DNA from: Seison nebaliae | Lineage: Eukaryota | Assembly: GCA_023231475.1 (NCBI GenBank) | Contig: JALJEE010002203.1 | Coordinates: 1-64,000 of the forward strand | Direction: 5' to 3' | Length of the DNA stretch: 64,000 nt | Shown: piece after piece, positions 1 through 10,722 of the stretch | Layout of the letters: each line of letters begins with the position of its first letter | Position numbering within the stretch: position 1 is the first letter of the stretch | Notes under the pieces: generated by a model | The model's input: only the letters and a program-made list of their open reading frames with translations | Told to the model about the DNA's origin: nothing | Database searches by the model: none | Program-made: the position numbers and the translations under genes

Positions 1-199
1 TCTCTGAATAATTATGAACGAGATATATCGAATTGTTCATGATGGAAAAGTGTGTAAATCATTGCTGACGTTTTTAGTGATACCGATATTTGTCTGATCT
101 GTATATCCAATTCAATTGTTAAAATCATGTAGAAAATAATCGTAATTATCGGTCGAAACTATATCCAAATGACTACCATTTCGCATATCGATCTTCGAC

Positions 200-1330
200 G
201 AGGGGTATGTTACCCTTATTCGGCTTTTTATAACATGTGCCCGTCGTTCCTACGAAGAAATTATTCTTTTCACCATCGTTGTAAATTCTTTTCTATTCCA
301 CTGAAGCTTCGTTTGTTTGTGACGTTTTGTTGTGATTTCTATGGTTTTGCCATCTCCTTATCGAAAATTCCATAAATCACTTCCGAACTATATTATCAAA
401 TTTTAACATATTATCTCATGTGCCTGATTTGTTGCTTTCAAAAATAGATCAGTCCAAATCATTTATTTCCGATGGTTCACCTAGTGAGCTATCTTATTTT
501 CGAGCTAACAATACCCTGTGGGGATTTGTTGTTATAATACAAAAAAAAAGAATACGCCACCTTTTGCCGGTATTTCAATATTTATGAGGTATTTCTCTCT
601 CATCAACAATATCAGTAATTCGAATTTCCCATTTCCATCGTTCGAACAGTGTGATCAATTCAATTCACCAGTAAAATTCTTTTGTGTCTATTACTTCGAT
701 GACCCGTGTGCTCGAGAATTTCAACATTACCGATTTTGTACCTATTCATCTTGTTGGGTTATTACTTCGTGATCGTGAACTTATATCATAAAATAATTTA
801 TCAAACATTCCAAAATTCAACATTATATAGATCCGAGGGGATTCCAAATAAAAAAATTAGTTCAAATTAAGAAGATGAACAGACAGAACTATTCGATAAA
901 TGATGGAAATAGAAAATTTTCATGAGATACAGATACTTATCATCAAATGTACGGACTCTAACTTTCTAAACGATTCACTTAAACTTAGAGGTATGTAGGA
1001 ATAATATATTCGAATAATAAAATTTGGATTATGGAAAATTTAAATTTATTGGAAATTTTACGATTTAATGACGAAATATCGAAGTAGTTTTACATTAACA
1101 GATCGAAACTATAAGGAGCTCAATATAAATTATATAAAATATTTCAAATTGAAGTTTTTCGAAGTTCTTAATGAAAATCTTTTATGAAATTTGCAGTTAG
1201 TAATATAATAATTGAAAACGATTTTCCAATATTATTTGTTTCTAACAATTATATCTGTATAAACAGTCATTCTGATGATTTCCATGTTTATGTTGGACAA
1301 CTATTCGATAAGAAATCACGAGAATAACAG
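200..1330. pseudogene. Possible highly decayed Penelope-like (RT + GIY-YIG) retroelement fragments
   Basis: Motif-like remnants in the expected order on +: PPFAGISIFM (~555-585), VYYFDD (~685-703), TY-H-(frameshift)-KCTDSNFL (~935-970), SNNYIC..VYVGQ (~1240-1300). An ADKGN-like remnant (KPNKGNIPLV) lies on - near 200-230. Many stops and shifts; motif resemblance only. Confidence 0.25.
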
Positions 1331-2235
1331 TAAATCATCAATGAACACACACATATCGAACGAAAACAAAATAAGAACGACATTAATTAGAAAATATCAA
1401 AACGGAACAGTATGAGAAGAGAATAGAGAAATTAATTAATATTCGACTTAAAATATCGATGAAATTTAAAATTATTCTTTTAGACTTGGAAATGAAGGAA
1501 ATTAATCGATTATTATGACGTGTAAAGGCGCAAATATTTTTCATTGAATGAATCAATAATCGAATTTTTTCAACTAGAAGTATCGATTCATATTCATTGT
1601 ATATGAATTCGTGTGTATGTAGAGTAGACGAGCAGATACACATACTCGTCCAAATAAATATGTAATAAGATGAATATTTAAGTAAATATAATATTAGTCA
1701 ATATTACTTCCAACTGAATATTTTGTGTTTATTAATCGATTACTGTTTTATCAGTTCTCTATATTCCTTGTCTTTTTTTTCATATGATTAGTACTAGTGG
1801 GTAATGAAAGAAAAGAATAGAATAATACTATATTTGATGTTCTTCAATTTAGAGGGAGAGGAAGCATAATGATTTTGAACATTACTTTTCCGTTAACTTA
1901 AAATCGATTTTCTTCCCATTCCTATCAATTTCCATAGACTACTCATTGAATAATCGATTAATTCTTCTTTCTCATTCGACTTCACCTTGTGCAAAAAATT
2001 GATAGTTTCTTCTTTAATTCTTAAAGAAAACTTACTGTTTGAGAGTCATCCAATTCTATGTAATGTGATGTCTATGTTTATCGTTTGGAATTGTAGATGT
2101 CGATACGTTTTCCGTGAATAATATTCCATTTCATCATTATGGGAAAAGAAGGAGAATTCTTTTTGTCTCTTCCAATTGTGTGTGAGGGCGAACGTCGATC
2201 GAATCCGAAATAAAAACGATATCTTATGTAGATTC

Positions 2236-3137
2236 ACGGATAGTTCTCAACCTTTCCATTTTACTATCAATAAAGGACAGTTCTCAAACCTATTTTCGGA
2301 CAGTTCTCAACCCAATTTTTTTCATTTTGTCAAGTTTTCAATCCTAAAATTGATTTTCGGACAGTTCTCAACCCAAAAAGTGATGATTCCGACAGTTCTC
2401 AACTCTCAACGTGATAATTGGGACAGATCGAAGTTTTTTCGGACAGTTCTCAACCCTTAATGTATATTGGAAGCAGTTATTTAATAGAATGATCAGACAA
2501 ATAGAAAAAAAGTATAAGCTCTGTTTATTAGAATTAATTTATTTTTGTAAGAAACTGTTAAAGTTAAGATACTTATATTCATTATTCATTATAAATGTCG
2601 TCAATTTCAGAAATGACAGAGAAAATATCGTTCATTTCAAAATTATAGAGAACTGTCTTTAACTTTTCGTCCTTCAAGACATTCGTTTTCTTTCTTCTTT
2701 TTTCTCCGATTTTTTGAACAGTTCATATTGTTCTTTTTCAGATTGAAAACATTTTATTAATGAATTTTGAAAAATGATTAACAAAAGGCGAATCCATGGA
2801 AAAATATACCTTACTATTGTTAATTTTCTTTTCATAAATGGACATACAACTTTTTTATAAGATTTTTGAACCAAAGCTTATTTTACCATCTTAACAGATC
2901 TTTATTGTCCTAATTACTAATAGTCCTTATTATGTGCGATCTAAGATCTGTCCGAATAAGACTTTTATGGTTGAGAATTGTCCGAATCATCAGTTTTGGG
3001 GTTGAAAACTGTCCGAAAATCAATTTTAGGGTTGAGACTTTTACAAAATGAAAAAAATTGGATTGAGAATTGTCCGAAAATAGGGTTGAGAACTGTCCTT
3101 TATTGATAGTAAAATGGAAATGTTGAGAACTGTCCGT
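2236..3137. mobile_element. Non-autonomous DNA transposon (MITE/foldback-like) with long, internally repetitive TIRs
   Basis: 2236-~2430 is closely similar to the reverse complement of ~2945-3137 (ACGGAyAGTTCTCAACmTTTCCATTTTACTATCAATAAAGGACAGTTCTC...). Both arms are built from repeated CGGACAGTTCTCAACC-like units. The interior is AT-rich with no credible ORF. No clean TSD. Confidence 0.85.
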
Positions 3138-4765
3138 ATACACATATGTATATCTTATATCAATATCGAATAAATAAATCGAATTTATTTATTCTTCAAT
3201 TATAAATATTGTACTATGTTTATCCATTATCTAATGTTATCATGATCGTTTTAGTAATCATCCATTATTTTAAATACTTTCCAACTACAACCAATTTCAC
3301 ATTCATCACTATTCACATTGGCATATCATTTCATCTTTTACATCATCTTTCTCTTCTCCATCCCCACATAATGGCATGATGGATTAGACTGATAATTATC
3401 AATATGCAACTTTTACAAATTTCAACGACTTCTTCCCCGCTTTTTCTTAAACTCATTACATACATCATAATTCGTCGTGCACTACCTCCAAACATTCGCC
3501 TAATATAAACATGAAATATTTTATTTTCGATTCAACAACTTTTCCGTCATTAATTCCCATCCTTTTAAAAAGATATCTCAAATTTCAATTCGATTCAATT
3601 CAAATTTCGATATTTATTTATTCATCATTATTATATGTCGTTTTTCCAGTTAGAAGAGAGGAATGATGTCCGTTTAGGAAGTGATTAAAAATCAGATTAG
3701 GAAACTCCATCTCGAAATATCAAAATCGTTTCACATAATATATACTCATATATATACGTATAAATCATCTATTCATGGAGACGTGTTAATGATTTAGGGA
3801 AATGTATCAAGAAATCATCGCGATATAATCTTGATATATATCATACTCATGTACATCGTTCCTCTCCTACGCTATTGTCTAAAAAGCGATATTTCTCTGT
3901 TTGAATATTTGAATCAATCGATTTATTACTCCATCGATTCATAAAAAACAGTCTATTTCCAAACAGAGAAATCGACGCAACCTTATTTTCCAATAAATAT
4001 TCTGTGGATATCTTATCTTTTTCGTAGGAAAAATAGAAGAATTAGAAAAAAACATATTTTTTTTAGATATCGATATTTCTCTTGAGTCAGAGATGAATCG
4101 ACATTTTTACACGAAAATCATGTCTCCCTCTCACGTCTACGTGTGAGTAGCAAACGATTTGATAAAGATTTTGATAATTCCATTTTTTTATGATCCGAAA
4201 GAAGAAAATATTTTCGTTTGTTCTATCTGTAATTCCTCTTCTAATGATTCTGTTTACGTTTACGGTCGTTATTGTTATTATTCCATGAATAAAAATCATT
4301 AGAAATTATTCACGAAATGAGAATGTGTCGAATGTCGGAAAAAGGGAATAATGACGATGACTTTGTAAGAAGGGGAATTCCTTGAACATCAAATAAAGTG
4401 ATTCGATATGTTCTTCGTTAGAATGACTGATATTTACAGAATTCGAATGTGTGATAATTGAGAAGTTGAGAAGAAAATTATTATGTGTAAGAGAAAAAAA
4501 AAAGAAATTTATGAAATGTCTCTCAATTAGCATGATGTGATGACATGTTGATGTTTTCATTCTCACTTAATCAATGATTTGATTCTTTGATTTGAAAGAA
4601 AGAATTTCATTGATCGATAAAAAATGAATGAATTATTTATAAGAAAATCAATTTGAACTCGACAATAATAAGAAATTGAAGATTTTTCGATTTTAATTTT
4701 AATTCTGTCGATTTCCACTTTTCTTATCAATACACTTAGACATCGTCCTTTCTTTTCCTTACTCG

Positions 4766-6451
4766 ATGACGAAGCGAAGTCAAATCTGGAGATACTTCCA
4801 AGCCACCGATGACAGTGCAATATGTTTGTTGTGTGGCAAATCGATAGGTCGTGGCAATGGTCGAGGAAATACGACGAATTTGATATCTCATGTCCGACAT
4901 CGTCACAATAAGGAATATGTGAAATGTACATTGAATGTCTTATGTAAAAAAGAGAAAGTTATCACAAGGAAACCATATCACAATAAATTGAACAAATGGC
5001 TAATCAACAACAACATTTCAATTAACGTCCTTGACAATAATGATTTCACCGACATGTTGAAATGTCTCAATAATGAAGTACAATTTCCAACATCTACCGA
5101 ATATTTGGAGAGTCTCTTACCTGAAATATTCGGCAATTATCAGAACGATATCCGAAGTACGATATTGAATGAGAATGTGTCGTTAATGATTGAGAAGTAT
5201 GAGTTCGATTCAACCATGTATATTTGTAGTCGAGTCTATTATCTGACGAATGATTTCACACCGAAAATCATTTGTTTAAGTGTGAAGATTGTGGAGAATA
5301 ACGAGGAGATTCAAATTGAAAAATTGACAAAAGATTTAATGGAATTTTATAATATCAAAAAAGAGAATATTTTATCAATCGTTTCTGATGATGTGGCATT
5401 GATGGCGAGTGAGACAGTTATTTATCTCTTACCAATTCATCAAATATTCAATTTGGTCGAGGAATGTATTGACGAGTGGGAGAATGGGAGGAGAATTTTG
5501 AATGAATTTAAGAATCATTTGCAGATGCAAAATCTCTTCAATAATATCAATACAAGATGGAATCGTTCATATTTGTTGATTGAACAAATCCTTCAAAATA
5601 TCTCTACGTTAACCACCGATACGAATGGTGATGAAATTAAAGTGATCGAGAAGATGTATCAATTACTCAAACCATTTTATTATGCGACTAAACATATCGA
5701 AAATTGTCAGAATGTTACGTCATCATTATGTATTCCGTTATTGATCTCTCTCAAACAATTCATTGACGAATGTATCGACATTCATGAGAATGACGAAGAA
5801 ATTCAGCAGTTCTGTCGAAATTTCTGTGAGAAATTTAATGAGAAATTAATTAAATTGTTGAATTGTGAAGAGTTGTGGATAGCGACATATCTCAACAATC
5901 AATTCGGTCCATCATATGTGGAGAAACATATGCAGAAATATCTCAATAAAAATATTGAGAAAACGATCGACGAATCATTGAACAAAATGAGCAAACAACA
6001 AATAACTCAAGATTTATTATCACCGTCACTCTCTCCCACAGTTTCCGTTCATACGGAAACATCACCGATTGATATGGTGGAGGAGAGTATTCACGATATC
6101 GAAGGAACTTTCAAATCAGAACCATTAGAAATGGACGAGAGAAAAGACACGAAATGGCCCGCTTGGAATATTAGCGATATTCAAAATAATTCGTCCATTT
6201 CCAATAACGAACTACGACAATACATTCAAACGAGTGTCGATTCAAAAATGATTTATGTTAACGATTTCTGGAAATCGTTCCCGGATGGACAATTGAAACA
6301 ATTAGCAAAACGAGTTTTCTGTTTTGGGGGAAATATCGTCGATGACGAACATGTCTATTTCAAATGTCATCAATCTTATATATTTCGTCATCAAACCGTC
6401 GATATCGATTCGGAAGAGAAGATATTGACACTCAATTTGAATATGAAATGA
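4766..6451 (+). CDS. BED zinc finger / hAT transposase-derived protein (ZBED-like), 561 aa, single coding exon
   Basis: N-terminal BED finger (SQIWRYF..CLLC..TTNLISHVRHRH), hAT-like motifs SIVSDD and TRWNRS, LLKPFYYAT, and a C-terminal dimerisation-like segment FWK..QLAKRVF..DEHVY. Confidence 0.8.
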   Translation: MTKRSQIWRYFQATDDSAICLLCGKSIGRGNGRGNTTNLISHVRHRHNKEYVKCTLNVLCKKEKVITRKPYHNKLNKWLINNNISINVLDNNDFTDMLKCLNNEVQFPTSTEYLESLLPEIFGNYQNDIRSTILNENVSLMIEKYEFDSTMYICSRVYYLTNDFTPKIICLSVKIVENNEEIQIEKLTKDLMEFYNIKKENILSIVSDDVALMASETVIYLLPIHQIFNLVEECIDEWENGRRILNEFKNHLQMQNLFNNINTRWNRSYLLIEQILQNISTLTTDTNGDEIKVIEKMYQLLKPFYYATKHIENCQNVTSSLCIPLLISLKQFIDECIDIHENDEEIQQFCRNFCEKFNEKLIKLLNCEELWIATYLNNQFGPSYVEKHMQKYLNKNIEKTIDESLNKMSKQQITQDLLSPSLSPTVSVHTETSPIDMVEESIHDIEGTFKSEPLEMDERKDTKWPAWNISDIQNNSSISNNELRQYIQTSVDSKMIYVNDFWKSFPDGQLKQLAKRVFCFGGNIVDDEHVYFKCHQSYIFRHQTVDIDSEEKILTLNLNMK

Positions 6452-7178
6452 AATGAAAATGAAATCATTTCTCACATTTACCGTTGAGTGAAATTGAAAG
6501 AGGAGAATCTTTAAATTCTTTTTTAATTCAAAATAAAAAAAGAGATATTAATTATGAAAATTAAAATCAATTCTACAATCAATTCCAACACTTCATAATA
6601 AATCACCGATATTTCTCAATCAAATTTTCTTTTATCAATTTCCGTTTAGGTAATATATTAATCCATGTAATAATCCGATGAAATTCCTTCTATCCGTTTA
6701 CATTAACACATTCTACACGATCATCCACTGATTGAATAATCGAATTGATATCAGACGTGTCGTCCAACTCGATGTGAAAAGGAAGAAACTTCTTTTCACA
6801 AGTCAGTGGGCCGCGCCGTGTCATCTCGTGTTGTGGAAGGTGTTGATTGTGAAAATTATTCATTTATTTCCTTGAATGATCATCATTTGTCCCAACACAC
6901 TTTTTTTTATGTTAAAATATTTTATATTTTCCTCTTCATCATTTCCTTTTTTTTTTCTTCAAATAAACAAATTCTTCTTTTTTTTCTTTCTCTTTTACTT
7001 TTAATACTTTTTCAAAAAACAATTTCACTTTTTTCAAAATTCGATTTAAGTAGATAAATAGGCGTATATATAATGAGGATTTAATTTATCGATTCTTTTT
7101 TTTTTCAACGCGTTTTTTTTCGTAATACCACACTCTTTTCCATCAATGAAAATGATCTTCTGGAAAATTTTGATATTT

Positions 7179-7899
7179 TCAATAGGGACCTCTTCCACCT
7201 CTCATGGCTCTTCTAGAAAGTGGAAAATTGAAATTGAAAAAATGAAATGAAGAAAATTAAAAAAAGTAAATAATTAACCTTCCACGACCACGTCCCCTCC
7301 CTCCCATATATCCCATTGATTCAATGAAACTATTAAAAATGTAACTGTTGAGTGGATATAACATAGAGGACATGCCTCCTCGATTCCGATATCGAGAACG
7401 ACCAGGACGGGAAGTTCTCGAAAATCCTGGTTTATTCGTTCGTTTTTGAACAACTTTAATTTGTCTTCCTTTGAATAAAGAATCGTCCATTTCTAATGCT
7501 AAATTGACAGAAGTTTTATCTTCAAATTCGATATATGCAAATCCTTTCGGATGATGATCTTCGCGATGAGTGGGAATTGTCACTCGAACGATATTTCCAC
7601 AATGATGGAAATGTTTCTCCAATTCATCGGCAGTTGACGAATATTCTACATTTCTCACACAAATCGATCGATGGTCAGTTTCTGATGAGAGATTAGAATC
7701 GTTCTCTAATTTATCTTCTTTCATTAATTTTGGTTCTTCGGAAAGTTGTGGGGTATCGTTCGTAGTAATTGTCGGTTCATCTTTCACCGCTAATATAAAG
7801 AAGGAGAATTTAATTTTAAAAAAATAAATTGAAAAATTAACGTTTCTCTAGTTCATTCGTATAGAGATCATTCTTTGTGAAGTTGTTGGAATTACTCAT
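7179..7899 (-). CDS. PABPN1: Nuclear poly(A)-binding protein PABPN1/PABP2, copy A (~200 aa)
   Basis: Exons 7899-7842, 7789-7279, 7212-7179. RRM ([39 protein letters not shown]), RG-rich tail ending RGGRGPY*. Confidence 0.88.
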
Positions 7900-8778
7900 A
7901 TTTTATTTAATGACTCTTCTCTTCTTTGTGTTTATCCAAATTAATTTACAAAACTTTTCTACTTTTATTCACAAAATAATATTTTACAGAGGATGAAAGA
8001 TCAGAATGATAAATGATATATTCACCAAACAAATGCTCTTTATTAAAAACGCAAATAAAAAAACCAATAGAGTATTCTTTCTCTTTATTTCTTCATTATC
8101 TTCCTTAGGAATTCATCTATAAATTTTCTTCGTTTCATATATTAAGCTCATCTAATCTTACAATATATCTCTCACCCAAAAGCTAAAAAATTGGAAAAGT
8201 TCAAATTTTAAAATTTCACGTAAATTTATATAGAATAACAATCGAAAATATAATAAACTTGTAAATGGAATCTGTTCAAATCTTCAACTTTAAACTTTTC
8301 TTTTTTTCACGTTATCATTACCAAATTCAGTATCTGGTCATTCAATGATTTTATTTCCCGAATCTTTTCCCATATCAATCTTTTTGTTAATCAAAATTTA
8401 AATGAATCTTTCTGAAAAACTATGTGGAAAATAGGATTAGAATTAAATACGTCCATCTTTAACTGTTTTCTGTGAAATAAAAATTATTTAATTTAGCAAG
8501 TTTACATTTCGAAGATTTTATGGCAGGTCTTTGAAAAATTCAACGCCAATGACATACGGGAATATTTCTTCTTACTATTGGCAATAGTCAATTATAATTG
8601 GAAGTTTCTTTTTTTTTTTGTCAAACATTTGGTAGTTGGATGAAAGAGCTTATTATTCAGATGTTTTTATTTCACTAAAATCTTCTCAATAATTAAGAGA
8701 AGAATTTCATATGATTCAGTCGTCGTTCCTTCGCTAACCTACGTACATGCATATAAGTGAGTGAAATTTGAGTAGAAA

Positions 8779-9472
8779 ATGACAGAAAACGTAACGAAGT
8801 CCACAGATTTTTCCCCAGCTGATTTGCATGACACAAAAGATTTGAAGAAAGGTTATACATAAATAATTTTAATCTTAACTCATCATTATTGGTTAGATGA
8901 AACTACTTCTAATCAAACAACCCCTAAACAGATGAATATGGAACAGATCCGACAACAAGTTGGAATGATGGAAAATGATGGACCAACACCAGATAAGAAT
9001 GAGAAAGTGGAAGCTGATCATCGATCAATTTGCGTAAGAAATGTCGAGTATAGTGCGACAGCGGATGAATTGGAGAAACATTTTCATCATTGTGGAAATA
9101 TTGTGCGAGTGACAATACCGATTCATCGAGATGATCATCATCCCAAAGGATTTGCTTACATCGAATTTGAGGATAAATCATCAATACAATTAGCTTTAGA
9201 TATGGATGACTCGTTGTTTAAAGGCCGACAAATCAAAGTTGCACAAAAAAGAACAAATCGACCCGGATTCTCAACAACATCACGTCCCAGTCGTTCAAGG
9301 GGCCGAGGTCGTGGTGGTCGTGGCGGTTTTCCACCAGCCTTCGCTAATTTCATGACATTTTTAGCCATGCAAAATTCGAGACGTCCATATCGTTCCAGGT
9401 TTTTTTATGATTTATTTTAAAATTTATTAACCGACAAAATCGTTCAGAGGTCGAGGTCGTGGTCCTTATTAA
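8779..9472 (+). CDS. PABPN1: Nuclear poly(A)-binding protein PABPN1/PABP2, copy B (~199 aa)
   Basis: Exons 8779-8851, 8897-9398, 9448-9472. [21 protein letters not shown]-rich tail ending RGRGPY*. Same intron phases (1, 2) as copy A. Confidence 0.9.
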
Positions 9473-9849
9473 ACACGTCGATAGGACGGTCGTATGAAAC
9501 AGAGACGGAGAGTTTGTTTGGTGAAAAAAAAAATGAGTGAGATCGTTTAATTTTAATCGTAAATTTAATCTTATAAAAAAAAAGAGTGTAAAAAACGTTA
9601 TAAACAATTTCTTATCGTTATGTAATAATATTAAACGATCGTTAAAAAAAATTAAAAGAGATCTAATAAAAGATGACGGTAACGAAGAAAAGAGGTTGTG
9701 AACATTAAAAAATCACTTTATGGAAATGTTGAAAAGTGATTATGGTGGGTAGAAGTGATGCTTTCGCACAAACTACTATTTCATTATTGTTGATTTTTTT
9801 TAAATGAAAAAATAAAATAAATGACAATAAAATCACCAGAAACATCTTA

Positions 9850-10624
9850 TCAACGTCTCCTAAGTCGGCGATTAATCTTCATTCGTTTATTTCCCTTCAT
9901 GTTCGGTATTTTACCAGTTGGTGATTCCAACTCTTTTAGAGTCATCTGACTAGGTGGTATAGAAATGGATTCGATGGTTTTCTTACCATCCTTGTTATAT
10001 ACGGAAATATTGAAACACGAACCGATTTTTAATGAACCTATTATTTGAAAATAAAAAAAGAATATTTAAAGTTTTCATAAGTAAATATTTGAGAAGAAAT
10101 GAAAACTGAAGAAGTCCGGCTCAAAACGGTCTAATACTTCCGGATAATAAGGAATGAATTTGAAGGGATATGGTTGCTGATCTGATAGAGTTTTAGTTTT
10201 CGTATGTACTACGTCAAAGTAAGATGCATACATCGGTTTAACTGCTAAATATTCTGATTCTGTTAATTCCATATTAGGACTAAATTCGATGAATTCTGGT
10301 TCATCGTCCGAAGCGGGATAAGTTCGTTTAGCACGACATGGTACATAAAGTAATCGAGGACAAAATATTTCTGAAGCATAAATATCTTTCGGTACACAAT
10401 TCAATAATACAACTGCTCTCGTTGATGTTTCTGCTAATTGAATCTCTTCTACATGTACAGTAAAATTGTAAAGGAAAACGAAAAGTAAAATGAAGAAAGT
10501 TAAGAAATGAACCAGTCTTCACGAACGGAGCTACTTTAGCAAGATATGCTATAAATTGAGTCATACGGATACTGGTGTTTACTAAAATTTCCGTGTTCTT
10601 CGAACACAACACTTTGATGAACAT
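9850..10624 (-). CDS. CXorf65/C22orf15-like uncharacterised protein (~213 aa)
   Basis: Exons 10624-10513, 10448-10107, 10037-9850 splice in frame. N-terminus MFIKVLCSKNTEILVNT..EEIQLAETS..YASEIFCPRLLYVPC resembles the CXorf65/C22orf15 family as recalled. Basic C-terminus. The family call needs an HMM check. Confidence 0.6.
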
Positions 10625-10700
10625 GTTGTCGTTTCACCTTTTAATTGAAGGAAAATCAAATCGAAAATCAAATTTTATGTATATATATACACTATTATAA

Positions 10701-10722
10701 TATATATATATATATATATATA
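10701..10722. repeat. (TA)n microsatellite
   Basis: Run of TA dinucleotides. Confidence 0.9.

Noticed and set aside
2236..2460. Regularly spaced 16-bp repeats that look CRISPR-like, and ORFs 2176-2460 and 2910-3143
   Set aside because: Eukaryotic context, short irregular spacers mirrored in the opposite arm; these are TIR subrepeats and the ORFs are by-products.
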